Shown: positions 41,233 through 52,159, counted from the stretch's first letter. The stretch is 64,000 bases of DNA from Anaeromyxobacter sp. (GCA_049840735.1 JASGJN010000010.1:34242-98241), one strand, 5' to 3'. Notes: a model not told the origin generated them from the sequence alone. Made by a program: numbers and translations.

Positions 41233-42057
41233 TCAGCGTCCCTGCGGTGTCCCGGCCGCCTCCAGCGCCGCCGGCACGCTCCAGCCGGCCCGCTGCAAGA
41301 GCCGCCGGGCGGCCGTCTCGCTCACGCCGGCCAGCGCGGCCACGTTGCGCACGGCGCGCGCCCTGAGCTTGGTGTTGGTGGCCCGCAGCGCCGCCATCCG
41401 GCCGCCGCGCACCGCCCCCAGCCGCACGAAGACCGCGGTGGAGAGGAGCGAGAGCGCCATCTTGGCCGCGCTGCCAGCCTTCAGCCGCGTCGAGCCGGCC
41501 ACCAGCTCCGGCCCGGTCTCGAGCACCACCACCCGCCCGCCGGGCACGCGCGCGGCGGCGTTCGAGGTGAGGAGCGCGACGCGGGCGCCGCGGCGGCGGG
41601 CCTCGGCCAGCGCCCCGCGCACGAAGGGCGTCCGCCCGGAGGCGGAGATCCCCACCACCACGTCGCCGGGGCGGGCCCGGATCCGCTGCACCGCTGCGGC
41701 GCCGGCCTCGTCGTCGTCCTCGGCCCCCTCGACGGCGCGGGTCAGCGCCCGCGCCCCGCCGGCCACCAGCGCGCGGACGCGCGAGGGTGGGACGCCGAAG
41801 GTGGGCGGGCACTCGGCCGCGTCCAGCGCGCCCAGCCGGCCGGACGTACCGGCGCCGGCGTAGATGAGCCGCCCGCCGGCGCGGAGCGCCCGGGCGACGT
41901 CATCGGCGAGCTGGGCGAGCGCGGGCAAGGCACGGCCCACCGCGCTGACCGCCTCGACATCGCCGGCGTGGAGCCGGGCGAGGAGGCGGTCCGTCGGGAG
42001 CCGCTCGAGATCCGAGCCTCGGGGGTGGAGCGCCTCGGTGACCGGGAGGCGGCGCAT
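41233..42057 (-). CDS. murQ: N-acetylmuramic acid 6-phosphate etherase
   Basis: GAGTSGRLG, DAAECPPTFG, EGAEDD, ASGRTPFV, GPELVAGSTRLKAG. Confidence 0.94.
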   Translation of the reverse strand: MRRLPVTEALHPRGSDLERLPTDRLLARLHAGDVEAVSAVGRALPALAQLADDVARALRAGGRLIYAGAGTSGRLGALDAAECPPTFGVPPSRVRALVAGGARALTRAVEGAEDDDEAGAAAVQRIRARPGDVVVGISASGRTPFVRGALAEARRRGARVALLTSNAAARVPGGRVVVLETGPELVAGSTRLKAGSAAKMALSLLSTAVFVRLGAVRGGRMAALRATNTKLRARAVRNVAALAGVSETAARRLLQRAGWSVPAALEAAGTPQGR

Positions 42058-42078
42058 CCGAAACCGCGCGGCGCGCGG

Positions 42079-42294
42079 TCAGGCCTGGGCGGAGGTGCGG
42101 CCGCGACCGGCCTTCAGGACCTTGCCCGCCTTGAGGCAGCGGGTGCAGACGCGGATGTGGCGGACCTCACCCTCGAGGTTCGCGCGGACCGAGCGAAGGT
42201 TCGGGAGGGAGCGGGTCTTGTTCTTGTTGTTCGCGTGGGAGACGGTGTTCCCGACGAGCGGGCCCTTCCCACAGATGTCGCAGCGGCGTGCCAT
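42079..42294 (-). CDS. rpmB: 50S ribosomal protein L28
   Basis: [20 protein letters not shown]...PNL...VCTRCLK. Confidence 0.96.
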   Translation of the reverse strand: MARRCDICGKGPLVGNTVSHANNKNKTRSLPNLRSVRANLEGEVRHIRVCTRCLKAGKVLKAGRGRTSAQA

Positions 42295-42327
42295 GTCGTT
42301 GCTCCAGAAAAGCTGAAAGAGCGCGGC

Positions 42328-42355
42328 ATATTACAGATCCGCGCCCAAAGCGCAA
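42328..42355 (-). promoter_or_regulatory. candidate sigma70 promoter of rpmB
   Basis: minus strand TTGCGC-16 bp-TAATAT. Confidence 0.5.
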
Positions 42356-42358
42356 GGG

Positions 42359-43903
42359 CTACTTCAAGACGTCCTTCCGCCCCAGGGCTGCGGCGACATG
42401 TCCGGCGGCCTGCACGCCAGCGAAGAACTCGCCCTCCAACCCCAGCCCCGGGACCACCTCGCGGCCGGCGAAGAACACGTTCTTCCAGGGACCTCGCACC
42501 GGTAGGCCGGTCAGCCCCAGCGTCGTGTCCAGCTCGGCCGCGTAGAGCGGGTGGGCCAGCAGACGCAGCCCGCGCCGGTGCTCCGGGGGCGCCTGGAGGA
42601 GGGGGATCGACTCTCCCACCTGGTGGCGCTCGAAGAACGGGATGGCGTCCGCCACCGCCTCGCGGATCTGCGCCGCGGCCTGGGTGAGCTTGTCGTCCGA
42701 GCCTTCCGAGGCGGGGAGGAAGGCGCTGGCGCAGACCACGCGCTCGTCCGTCACCACCTCGCCCGGCCCCTTCTTGCCGTCGCGGCGGGCGGGCAGGACC
42801 TGGAGGAAGACCGCGTTGTCGATGCCGTCGCCGCGCCCCGGGTCACGCAGGGCCAGCACGTTCTCGCCCAGCGCGGGCGGCAGCGCCCCGGCCTTCACGA
42901 TCAGGTTGAGCGAGAAGAGCCGGCGGGCCGGGCGGATGCGGGCCAGCGGGCGGGCGGCCCGGGTCTCCAGCTCGGCCGCCGGGACCAGCTCGCGGACCGT
43001 CTCGGCGTCGGTGGCCAGCACGAAGGCGCGGGCCACGTGGGCGTCGGGCGAGTCGGCCAGCCGCACCGCGGTGGCGCGCCCGTTCTCGAACTCGATGGCG
43101 GTGGCCAGGGCCGGCTCCCCCGGCCCGCCGCGCAGCTCGCCGCGCGACTCGGCGATGCGCCGGCGGACGAGCTCGCGCAGCGTGCCCTGGCCGGCCGCCA
43201 GCCGGTGGGTGCCGCGCAGCGCGCCGCCCAGCAGCCGCACCAGCGAGAGCGGGGAGGGCGGGCCGTCGAGGTAGGTCAGGAAGCGGTGGATGGCCTCGAG
43301 GCTGCGGACCAGCTCATGGTCCTCCAGGCCGTCGAAGGGGTGGACCTTGCCCACGCCCTCGCGCGGCGCGTTGGGCGCGGAGGCGGCCTGGCGCAGCGCC
43401 TTGCCCACCGCGAGCCGCTCGCCGAAGCCGTCCGGGGGCAGCGGCGGGGCGGCCTTGAGGAAGAACCCGCCCACCTCGTACCCGGCCGACAGCCGGGTGA
43501 AGGCCGCCTCCAGCGCCTCGGCGTCGGCGGGCCACTCCCGGCGCAGCTCGGCCCGCAGCAAGGCCGGGTCGCGCGACAGGTCCACGCGGTGGCGCGGCAG
43601 CAGGAGCTGCAGGTCCGGGTCGGAGGGCTCGAGCGCGCGGGCCACGTCGGTGGAGAGCCCCAGCTCCGCCAGCGCCGCCTCGGCGGCGGGCATGTGGCGA
43701 GGGCTGGGGACCGCGGCCGGGCCCCAGGGCAGGGAATAGCCGGCGTCCACGTAGCCCGGGCCGAGGTCGCCGTGGGAGACGTGCAGCACGCGCAGGCCGC
43801 GCCGGGCCAGGAGGGCGCCGGCCACCACGCCGCCGAGCTGGGAGCCGACGATGCAGACGTCGTAGATGCGCTGGGTTGCGGGAGGTCGAAGGGTCTGCGC
43901 CAC
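42359..43903 (-). CDS. phytoene-desaturase-like FAD/NAD(P)-binding protein
   Basis: YDVCIVGSQLGGVVAGALLARRG N-terminal Rossmann-like fold; C-terminal KNVFFAGREVVPGLG; start approximate (GTG). Confidence 0.7.
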   Translation of the reverse strand: MAQTLRPPATQRIYDVCIVGSQLGGVVAGALLARRGLRVLHVSHGDLGPGYVDAGYSLPWGPAAVPSPRHMPAAEAALAELGLSTDVARALEPSDPDLQLLLPRHRVDLSRDPALLRAELRREWPADAEALEAAFTRLSAGYEVGGFFLKAAPPLPPDGFGERLAVGKALRQAASAPNAPREGVGKVHPFDGLEDHELVRSLEAIHRFLTYLDGPPSPLSLVRLLGGALRGTHRLAAGQGTLRELVRRRIAESRGELRGGPGEPALATAIEFENGRATAVRLADSPDAHVARAFVLATDAETVRELVPAAELETRAARPLARIRPARRLFSLNLIVKAGALPPALGENVLALRDPGRGDGIDNAVFLQVLPARRDGKKGPGEVVTDERVVCASAFLPASEGSDDKLTQAAAQIREAVADAIPFFERHQVGESIPLLQAPPEHRRGLRLLAHPLYAAELDTTLGLTGLPVRGPWKNVFFAGREVVPGLGLEGEFFAGVQAAGHVAAALGRKDVLK

Positions 43904-43994
43904 GGCGGCGCAGTGTACGTCCTGTGCGGCCCCAGGCCAACGGCGCAGAGGCCCAGGCGGGCAATCAAGCGGGGGGCTGCGGCCCCCGCCCCGC

Positions 43995-44017
43995 CGTCCT
44001 GAGCCTGCCGAAGGACG
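43995..44017. repeat. short relative of the REP-like family
   Basis: CGTCCTGAGCCTGCCGAAGGACG, an imperfect palindrome just downstream of purN. Confidence 0.5.
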
Positions 44018-44031
44018 TCGGGGCCCCACCC

Positions 44032-44710
44032 CTAGAGTTCAAAGGGCGGCTGGATCAGGGCCGGGACCGAGGGTGCGGCCGCGCCGTCGAGCCGCACCGT
44101 CCGGCCCTGGAGCGAGAGCCGCCCCTGCGCGATCCAGCCCACCGCCTGCGGCAGCAGCCGGTGCTCCAGCCCCTGGATGCGGGCCTGGAGCGCGCTCTCG
44201 TCGTCGCCCGGCAGCACCGGGACCACCCCCTGGGCGATGATGGGGCCGGTGTCGGTCCCCTCGTCCACGAAGTGCACCGTGCAGCCGGCCACGCGCGCGC
44301 CGTAGGCCAGCGCCTGGCGGGCGGCGTGGAGGCCGGGGAAGGCGGGCAGGAGGCCCGGGTGGACGTTCACCACCCGCGGGCAGCCGCGGGAGGCGGCGGA
44401 GGGGCCGAAGGCGGCCAGGAAGGCCGGCGTGACCAGCCGCATGTAGCCGGCCAGCACCACCAGCTCCGCCCCGTGACCGCGCAGGGCCTCGACCAGCGAG
44501 AGGTCATAGCCCTCCCGGTCGGTGACGCCCTTCGACGGCAGCGTCAGCGAGGGCACGCCCGCCTCGCGTGCGCGCTCCAGCGCCCGCACCCCGGGGACGT
44601 TGGGAGATCACGACCGCCACGCGGGCGTCGATCCGCCCGGCGCCGCAGGCGTCGAGCAGCGACTGGAGGTTCGTGCCCGAGCCGGAGGCCAGCACCCCCA
44701 ACGAGATCAA
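44032..44710 (-). CDS. purN: phosphoribosylglycinamide formyltransferase, +1 frameshift near 44603 (probable sequencing error)
   Basis: [46 protein letters not shown]; an extra C in ATCTCCCAAC breaks the frame. Confidence 0.9.
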
Positions 44711-45744
44711 CGGACGACCTCGCAGGTGGCCTCGCCGGGCCCGCCGGCCTCGATGGCGCCCACCGTCCACGCGGCCAGGTTGCGCTCGCGCAGCACCGCG
44801 TGCGTCGCGGCCTCGTCGCCGGGGGCCACGATGGCCACCAGGCCGAGCCCCATGTTGAAGGTCCGGTACATCTCGTCTCGCGGCACCTGCCCCTCGCGCT
44901 CGACCAGGTCGAAGATGGGCGGGACCGGCCAGCGGCCCTCCTTCAGCACGGCGCGGGTGCCGTCGGGCATGTTGCGGGGCACGTTCCCGGGCAGGCCGCC
45001 GCCGGTGATGTGGGCGAAGGACTTGACCGCCACCTTCTCCAGCACCGCCAGCACGTCCTTGGCGTAGATGCGGGTGGGCTCGAGCAGCGCCTCGGCCAGC
45101 GTCCGGCCGCCCAGCGCGTCGAAGCGGGCGTCGAGGGCGTGCTTCTCCATGAGCGCCTTGCGGGCCAGCGAGTAGCCGTTGGAGTGCAGGCCGGAGCTGG
45201 CGATGCCGATCACCACGTCGCCGGGGGCGACCCGGGTGCCGTCGACGATCCGCGAGCGGTCCACGCAGCCGACCGCGAAGCCGGCCAGGTCGTACTCGCC
45301 GCGATCGTAGAAGCCGGGCAGCTCGGCCGTCTCGCCGCCGATGAGGGCGCAGCCGGCCTGGCGGCAGCCCTCGGCGATCCCCTTCACCACCGCCGCGCCC
45401 TGCTCGGCGGAGAGCTTCCCGGTGGCATAGTAATCGAGGAAGAAGAGCGGCTCGGCCCCGACCACGGCGATGTCGTTCACGCACATCGCGACCAGGTCGA
45501 TGCCCACCGTGTCGTGCCGGTCGGCCGCGAAGGCCACCTTGAGCTTGGTCCCGACGCCGTCGGTGCCGGACACCAGCACCGGCTCCTTGAACTTCTTCAC
45601 GTCGAGCGCGAAGAGGCCGCCGAAGCCGCCGATGCCGGCGAGGACCTCGGGGCGGAGGGTGGGCTTGGCGTGCGGCTTGATGAGCTCGACGAGCCGGTCG
45701 CCCTCGTCGATGTCGACGCCGGCGTCGCGATAGGTGAGGGACAT
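44707..45744 (-). CDS. purM: phosphoribosylformylglycinamidine cyclo-ligase
   Basis: [52 protein letters not shown]. Confidence 0.96.
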   Translation of the reverse strand: MSLTYRDAGVDIDEGDRLVELIKPHAKPTLRPEVLAGIGGFGGLFALDVKKFKEPVLVSGTDGVGTKLKVAFAADRHDTVGIDLVAMCVNDIAVVGAEPLFFLDYYATGKLSAEQGAAVVKGIAEGCRQAGCALIGGETAELPGFYDRGEYDLAGFAVGCVDRSRIVDGTRVAPGDVVIGIASSGLHSNGYSLARKALMEKHALDARFDALGGRTLAEALLEPTRIYAKDVLAVLEKVAVKSFAHITGGGLPGNVPRNMPDGTRAVLKEGRWPVPPIFDLVEREGQVPRDEMYRTFNMGLGLVAIVAPGDEAATHAVLRERNLAAWTVGAIEAGGPGEATCEVVR

Positions 45745-46099
45745 GGCCGGCCCCTTACCGCGACCGCGCGACGGTCGCAAGCCAGACCGGCCCGCGGCGG
45801 TGCCGCAGGCGCACGGACGCGCGCCTGCGCCTAGAGCGCGACGGCGATGAGGAGGAGGGCGGCGAGGACGATGACCGAGGCGCGCACGAGCGGGCTCCGA
45901 ACGTCGAAGAGGGACGCATGCTAGCGCGTCCTGCGCGGGACGCCAGTGGGGAGCCGCACTTTCTGTCGGGCTCGCCGGCGGTGGGAACCCGGCCTCTCCG
46001 GCGGCCGCGGGAGCGAGCGGGCGCTGCGGCGAAACGCCGCCGGGCGCCCTCGCTCCCACCGGCTGGCTCAGCCGCCCCCGTTCGGGCCAGGATGCCGCC

Positions 46100-48343
46100 G
46101 TGCCGAGGTCCCGACCCGAGCCCGTGATCCTCTTCCGGCTGGCGCTCGCCACCGGGCTGGCCTTCGTGCTCCTGCACGCCGGCCACGCCTGGCTGCGGGT
46201 TCGCGGCCGGGAGCTGGCGCCGGCCACCGCCCTGGGTGGCCTGTTCCGCGACGCGCTGGTGGTCCGGGGGCGGGGCCCGCTCCGCCCTTCCGGCCAGGTG
46301 GTGGTGGTGGCCATCGACGAGCGGGCGGTCGAGGCGGAGGGGGCGTGGCCCTGGGGGCGCGCCCGGCTGGCCCGGCTGGTGGATCGGCTCGCAGACGCGG
46401 GGGCCAGCGCCATCGCGGTGGACGTGGTCTGGAGCGAGGAGGACGAGTCCGGCCGGCGGCTGGCGCGGGTGGCGGCGCTGGCGCGCGCGGCCCGCGAGGT
46501 GTCGCCGGAGGCGGCGGCCGGGGCGCTGGATGCGGTCTGGGCGGCGGCGGCCGGGCCCGATCCCGGCCTGACCGGCGCGGTCGATCCCACCGAGCGGCTG
46601 GCGGAGTCGCTGCGCCGGGCCGGCCACGTCGTGCTCGGCTTCCGGATGGTGGCGGACCGGGCCGTGGCGCCGCTGGCGCAGGGGGCGCGGGTGGAGCGGC
46701 TGGCGCCCTGGGCGCTGGGCGCCGACGACGGCGACTCGCTGGCCGACCCGGTCCGCTTCCCCGGCGTGGTCACGCCGGTGGGGCCGCTGCTGGGCTCGGC
46801 GCGCGGCGCCGGGTTCGTCACGCTGCGCGCCGACGCCGACGGCACGCTGCGCGCCTACCCGGCGGTGGCCGCGGCCGGCGGCCAGCGCTTCCCCTCCCTC
46901 GGCACGGCGCTGCTGGTGGCCTCGGGCCACGAGGGGGCGGCGGCCGCGGCGCTGCGCGCGGCCGACGGGCTGGGGCAGGTGCCGCTGGCGTGGCTGGGGC
47001 CGGCGGAGGCCTTCCCGGCCGTCTCCGCCGCCGACGTGCTGCGCGGGCGGCTCGCGCCGGACGCGCTGCGGGGCAAGGTGGTGGTGGTGGGCGCCACCGC
47101 GCCCGGCGCCGGCGAGCGGTTCGTGACGCCCTTCGAGGACGGCGCGCCGGAGGTGCTGGCCCACGCGACCTTCGTGGAGAACGCGCTGGCCGGCGAGGCG
47201 CCGCGCCGCCCCGGCGCCGCCCTGGCGATGGAGCTGCTGCTGATGGTGGCCGCCGCGCTGGTGCTGGCGCGCCTCTTCGCGCACGGGACCGTGTCGGCCT
47301 CGCTGGCCGCGACCCTGGCCATCGGGGCCGGCTGGATCGGGCTGGCCGCGCTGGCGCTGCGCGGGTGGGGGGTGGTGCTGGAGCCAGGGCTGCCGGTGGC
47401 GCAGGTGGTGGGCGTGTCGGTGGTGGCCACCACCTGGCGCGTGGTGCGGGCGGAGCGGGCGCGCCGCCGGGCCCGCGAGGCGTTCGGCCGGTTCCTGGCG
47501 CCGGCGGTGGTGGACGAGGTGCTGGCGGAGGAGGGCGCGCTCCGGCCCGGCGGGCACGGCGCGGAGCTGACGGTCCTCTTCGCGGACCTGCGCGGCTTCA
47601 CGCACCTCTCCGAGCAGCTGGCGCCGGACGCGCTGCTGGAGGTGCTCAACGCCTGGCTGGCCCCCATGACCGACGTGATCGTCGAGGGGCACGAGGGGAC
47701 GCTCGACAAGTACATGGGCGACGCGGTGATGGCGTTCTGGGGGGCGCCCCGCCCGCAGCCGGACCACGCGCTGCGCGCCTGCCGCGCCGCGCTGGCCATG
47801 GTGGCGCGGCTCGAGCCGCTGCAGGCCGCGTGGCGCGCCCGCGGGCTCCCGGCGCTGGAGGTGGGCATCGGGGTCAACACCGGGCCGGTGTCGGTGGGGC
47901 TGGTGGGGCGGCAGGACCGCTTCTTCAACTACACGGTGCTGGGCGACGCGGTGAACCTGGCCTCGCGCCTGGAGGGCGCCAACCGCGAGTACGGCACGCA
48001 CGTGCTGGTGGGCGCGGCCACGCGCCAGGCCGCGGGCGAGGCGGTGGTGGCGCGGGCGCTGGACCGGGTGCGGGTGAAGGGACGGCGCGAGCCGGTGGTG
48101 CTGCACGAGCTGCTGGCGCTGGCCCCGGCGACGGAGCTGGCGGCGGTGGCGGCGGCCTACGAGGCCGGCCTGGCCGCCTACTGGGCGCGCCGCTTCGACG
48201 AGGCGGCCGAGGCCTTCGCCGAGGCCGACCGGCTCCGCGGCGGCGATCCGCCCAGCCGCGTGTTCCTGGCCCGCTGCGAGGCGCTGCGGCGCGCGCCGCC
48301 GCCGCCGGGCTGGGACGGCGTCTTCGAGCTGCCGGGGAAGTGA
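46100..48343 (+). CDS. CHASE2-domain class III adenylate cyclase
   Basis: VAIDE..WPW.R CHASE2 motif, DADG, three TM helices, [34 protein letters not shown]. Confidence 0.92.
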   Translation: MPRSRPEPVILFRLALATGLAFVLLHAGHAWLRVRGRELAPATALGGLFRDALVVRGRGPLRPSGQVVVVAIDERAVEAEGAWPWGRARLARLVDRLADAGASAIAVDVVWSEEDESGRRLARVAALARAAREVSPEAAAGALDAVWAAAAGPDPGLTGAVDPTERLAESLRRAGHVVLGFRMVADRAVAPLAQGARVERLAPWALGADDGDSLADPVRFPGVVTPVGPLLGSARGAGFVTLRADADGTLRAYPAVAAAGGQRFPSLGTALLVASGHEGAAAAALRAADGLGQVPLAWLGPAEAFPAVSAADVLRGRLAPDALRGKVVVVGATAPGAGERFVTPFEDGAPEVLAHATFVENALAGEAPRRPGAALAMELLLMVAAALVLARLFAHGTVSASLAATLAIGAGWIGLAALALRGWGVVLEPGLPVAQVVGVSVVATTWRVVRAERARRRAREAFGRFLAPAVVDEVLAEEGALRPGGHGAELTVLFADLRGFTHLSEQLAPDALLEVLNAWLAPMTDVIVEGHEGTLDKYMGDAVMAFWGAPRPQPDHALRACRAALAMVARLEPLQAAWRARGLPALEVGIGVNTGPVSVGLVGRQDRFFNYTVLGDAVNLASRLEGANREYGTHVLVGAATRQAAGEAVVARALDRVRVKGRREPVVLHELLALAPATELAAVAAAYEAGLAAYWARRFDEAAEAFAEADRLRGGDPPSRVFLARCEALRRAPPPPGWDGVFELPGK

Positions 48344-48460
48344 GGCCCGACCTGGAGCGTCCCCGCGCGGCGCGATGTCCCGTCGACGCGTCGCTCGCAG
48401 GCTGCTTTCATCGGCCCGGGGGATCGTCCGGCCTTTCGCCGGACCGAGAGGAAGGCACAC

Positions 48461-49201
48461 ATGACGGACGGGAAGAGGGCGCTGGCCGCGATCGGCCTGG
48501 CGGGGCTCGTGGCCTGTGGCGGCGGCGGCGGTGGCTCCGGCGCCGGGAGTCTCGACATCGCCATCGATGGCGGGGTGGAGCTCACGACCTCGCGCTATGC
48601 ATCGATCCCGCTGGTCCCCGTGGACGCCACGCTGAGCTACATCCCCACGGGGAACATCTACCTGCAGCTGATCCAGCCGGAGGAGGTCTTCACCTCCGAT
48701 ATCCAGGTGGCCCAGACCGGCCCGAACCGCGTCCGGCTCTACCTCCAGGCCGTGTCGGACTTGGCCGTCGGGGAGCACACGGGGGTGGTCACGCTCTCCG
48801 TGTGCCGCGACGCGGCCTGTGGGACGGTCCTGGGCCAGGCGTCGTTCGCGTACGCGGTGCACGTGAAGCCCATGATGGAGGTCACGGCGGTTGCGACGGG
48901 CGACGACGGTGTGGTGGTGGGGCCGACGACCGTGAACGCGGTCTCGCCGCCAATCCACCTCGCGGTGTACGACCAGATGACGCTCGAGTTCAGCTCCAAC
49001 GGGCCCGTGGCCTGGACCTGGACCACCGCACCTGGCACGGTCACCATCGCCGAGGACCCGGCCAGCACCGACACGGTCTGGCGGGGGAGGGTCTCGGCGC
49101 CCGTCGACGGCCAGCCGCAGCAGTTGCTCATGCTGCACGGCGCGGCGACGGACGGCACGGGGCAGTCGGTCGACATCGGGGTCATGATCTACGCCCCTTG
49201 A
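48461..49201 (+). CDS. hypothetical lipoprotein, beta-rich
   Basis: lipobox LVA-C followed by a Gly linker; GAGGAAGG RBS. Confidence 0.7.
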   Translation: MTDGKRALAAIGLAGLVACGGGGGGSGAGSLDIAIDGGVELTTSRYASIPLVPVDATLSYIPTGNIYLQLIQPEEVFTSDIQVAQTGPNRVRLYLQAVSDLAVGEHTGVVTLSVCRDAACGTVLGQASFAYAVHVKPMMEVTAVATGDDGVVVGPTTVNAVSPPIHLAVYDQMTLEFSSNGPVAWTWTTAPGTVTIAEDPASTDTVWRGRVSAPVDGQPQQLLMLHGAATDGTGQSVDIGVMIYAP

Positions 49202-49261
49202 GCGGGGACCATGCGGTACGGCCGGCCGCGCCCGCCCAGCGGGCGCGGCGCCCCTTCCACC

Positions 49262-50482
49262 TCATCCCTCGTCGCGCGGCAGCCGCAGCGTGAACGTGGC
49301 CCCGGCCCCCGGGGCGCTCGTGGCCGCGATGCTCCCGCCGTGCGCCTCCAGCGCCCGGCGGGCCAGCCACAGCCCCAGCCCGAAGCCGCCGTAGTGGCGC
49401 GAGGAGACGGCGCGGCCGAAGCGCTGGAAGATCCGCTCCTGGTCGCCGGGCGCGAAGCCGGCGCCGTGGTCGCGCACCTGCACCTCCGCCGCGCCCGGCT
49501 GCTCCCGGACCTGGATCTCGATGGGCTTGCCGGCCCCGAACTTGGCCGCGTTGGCCAGCACGTTCTCCAGCGCCTGCTCCAGCCGCTCGACGTCCCAGCG
49601 CCCCGTCAGCGCGTCCGGCGCGTCCACCTGCACCCGCGCGCCCAGCTCGTCGGCAAGCCGCTCCGCCTGGCCGCGCACCACCGCCACCAGGTCCACCGGC
49701 TCCAGCTGCAGCTGCACGCCCTCCAGGCTGACGCGCGAGGCGTCCAGCAGCCGCTCCAGCTGCCGCCCCAGCCGCTGCGCCGCCCGCAGCGAGCGGGCGA
49801 GGGCGCCGCGGACCAGCGCCGGATCGGCCGCCTGCTCCACCAGCCGCTCGGCCCGCTCGACCTGCAGCCGGACCGCCGCCAGCGGCGTGCGCAGCTCGTG
49901 CGAGGCGAGGCCAATCAGCTCGTCGCGAGCAGCCACCGCTGCCCGCAGGTCCGCCTCCAGCGCCAGGTTGGCCATCGTGCTGGAGGCCAGGCCGGCCAGG
50001 GCCTCCAGCAGCGCCAGCTGGCCCTCGGTGGCCCGGTGGTGGCCCGCCCAGTACGCGCCGATGGCGCCCACCGGATCCTCGCGCCGGACCGGCACCATGG
50101 CCAGGCTGCGGACGAAGGTGGGCCGGTAGAGGTCCTGCGGGATGCGCGGGTCGGCGTAGACGTCGTCGATCACCACCGCGCAGCGGTGCTCCATGGCCCA
50201 GCCGGAGATGCAGGCGTCCGCCGGGAAGCGCCGGCCCTTCCAGAGCGGCGCGATGGCGTCCTCGTCGGCGTAGTGGACCTGGTCGCCCTCGCGCAGCACG
50301 AAGGTCACGCCGTCGGCCCGGGCCAGCGAGCGGGCCGCGTGGCGCACCACGGCGGTGACGGTCGCGAGATCCCTGGCGGTGGCGAGGGACATGGCGGCCT
50401 GGAGCAGCAGCCGGGTCGCGGAGAGGGGCTCGTCCAGCTCGACGGCGGCGGGATCGTGGGTGGTGGCCTGGAGTTCGGTCAC
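49262..50482 (-). CDS. GAF sensor histidine kinase
   Basis: SHELRTPL, NVLANAAKF, DHGAG, FQRF, GFGLGL. Confidence 0.9.
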   Translation of the reverse strand: MTELQATTHDPAAVELDEPLSATRLLLQAAMSLATARDLATVTAVVRHAARSLARADGVTFVLREGDQVHYADEDAIAPLWKGRRFPADACISGWAMEHRCAVVIDDVYADPRIPQDLYRPTFVRSLAMVPVRREDPVGAIGAYWAGHHRATEGQLALLEALAGLASSTMANLALEADLRAAVAARDELIGLASHELRTPLAAVRLQVERAERLVEQAADPALVRGALARSLRAAQRLGRQLERLLDASRVSLEGVQLQLEPVDLVAVVRGQAERLADELGARVQVDAPDALTGRWDVERLEQALENVLANAAKFGAGKPIEIQVREQPGAAEVQVRDHGAGFAPGDQERIFQRFGRAVSSRHYGGFGLGLWLARRALEAHGGSIAATSAPGAGATFTLRLPRDEG

Positions 50483-50697
50483 GGCGCGGGTCCGTGCAGG
50501 GTGGTTAGCGCTGGACGGACGGGCGGCCAGGTCCCAGGTGGTGCATGCCTCCCGACGCGCCCGGCCATGGCGCGGTGCAGCGCGGAATCCCGTGGTGTCG
50601 CGGGGTTCCGCCCGGCCCCGTTCGTTGACAGGGCTCGTGCACGTCGGCTAACACCGGCCACAGCCGCGCCCCGTCCGAACCCCCTGGAACCACCGCC

Positions 50698-51345
50698 ATG
50701 GCCGACGATCAGCTCTTCCAGCGCTTCGGCAAGGAGTTCCCAGCCGGGACGGTCCTCTTCCGGGAGGGCGAGCCCGGCAAGGAGATGTTCGTCATCCAGC
50801 AGGGGCGGGTGACCATCTCCAAGAAGGTGGGGGAGGTGGAGAAGATCCTCTCCTCCCTGGGGCCGGGCGAGTTCCTGGGCGAGATGTCGATCCTCAACAA
50901 CAAGCCCCGCTCCGCCACCGCCACCTGCGCGGAGGACGTGAAGCTGCTGGTGGTCGACGCCCGCACCTTCGAGGCGATGATCCGCGGCAACGCCGAGATC
51001 GCCATCCGGATGATCAAGAAGCTGGCGGACCGGCTGCAGGAGACCAACGAGCAGATCGAGAACCTGCTCTTCCACGACGCCTCGTCGCGGGTGGTCCACT
51101 TCCTGGTGACCGCCGCCGAGAAGGCGCCGCGCGGCCCCACCGGCCACCGCATCGAGGTGGCGCCGCGCGAGCTGGCCGGGCGCGTGGGCGTGAAGCCGGA
51201 GCAGGTGGACGACGCGCTCATCAAGCTGCTCAAGGCCAAGATCGTCTCGGTCCACCCGGACGGCTTCGTGGTCCCCGACGTGGCCAAGCTGCGCCACTTC
51301 CTGGAGTTCCTCCAGATGAAGGCGCAGTTCGGGGACGGCGCATGA
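50698..51345 (+). CDS. Crp/Fnr family cNMP-binding regulator
   Basis: LFREGEPG, GEFLGEMS...PRSATA phosphate-binding cassette, C-terminal HTH. Confidence 0.88.
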   Translation: MADDQLFQRFGKEFPAGTVLFREGEPGKEMFVIQQGRVTISKKVGEVEKILSSLGPGEFLGEMSILNNKPRSATATCAEDVKLLVVDARTFEAMIRGNAEIAIRMIKKLADRLQETNEQIENLLFHDASSRVVHFLVTAAEKAPRGPTGHRIEVAPRELAGRVGVKPEQVDDALIKLLKAKIVSVHPDGFVVPDVAKLRHFLEFLQMKAQFGDGA

Positions 51346-52106
51346 GGCTCCGGGTCCTGGGCTGCTCCGGCGGCGAGCTCCCGCAGCACCGGACCACCTG
51401 CTTCCTGGTGGACGGCCGGCTGGCCATCGACGCCGGCGCGCTCACCGCCAGCCTCCCGCTCGACGCGCTGATGCAGGTGGACGACATCCTGCTCACCCAC
51501 TCGCACTTCGACCACATGAAGGACGTGCCGCTGCTGGCCGACCTGCTGGTGGGCAAGCGCAAGCGGCCCATCCGCGTCCACGCCTCGCGCGAGTGCGTGC
51601 GGACCCTGCGCGAGCACGTCTTCAACGACCGGCTCTGGCCGGACTTCACCCGCATCCCCGACGCGCGCCGCCCCATCCTCGAGCTGCGCCCCTTCGACGC
51701 GCGCCGGAGCTTCCGGGCCGGGCGCTACACCGTGCGGGCCGTGCCGGTGAACCACCCGGTGGCCTCCACCGGGTTCCTGGTGTCGGACGGCAAGGCCGCG
51801 GTGGCCGTGTCCGGCGACACCGGCCCCACGCACCGCTTCTGGAAGGCCGTCAACGCCGAGCGGCGCCTGCGCGCGCTGCTGGTGGAGCTCTCCTTCCCGA
51901 GCACGCTGCAGCAGCTGGCCGATCTCTCCGGCCACCTCACGCCCAGCACGCTGGCCGGCGAGCTGGCCAAGGTGGAGCGGAACGGCTTCCCCGTCTACCT
52001 GTACCACCTCAAGCCGGCGCACGAGGCCGCGCTGCGGCGCGAGCTGGACCGGCTGGCGCTCGACGGCGTGCGGCCGCTGGCGCTGGGCGAGGACCTCACC
52101 CTCTGA
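51342..52106 (+). CDS. MBL-fold 3',5'-cyclic nucleotide phosphodiesterase (class II-like)
   Basis: VLGCSGG, DAG, THSHFDH, FNDRLWPDF, SGDTGP, GHLTP, YHLKP; ATGA overlap with the Crp gene. Confidence 0.85.
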   Translation: MRLRVLGCSGGELPQHRTTCFLVDGRLAIDAGALTASLPLDALMQVDDILLTHSHFDHMKDVPLLADLLVGKRKRPIRVHASRECVRTLREHVFNDRLWPDFTRIPDARRPILELRPFDARRSFRAGRYTVRAVPVNHPVASTGFLVSDGKAAVAVSGDTGPTHRFWKAVNAERRLRALLVELSFPSTLQQLADLSGHLTPSTLAGELAKVERNGFPVYLYHLKPAHEAALRRELDRLALDGVRPLALGEDLTL

Positions 52107-52159
52107 ACCTCGGGCGGGCCGCGGCGCGGCCCGCGCCGGGGAGCGAGCATCCCGACACC

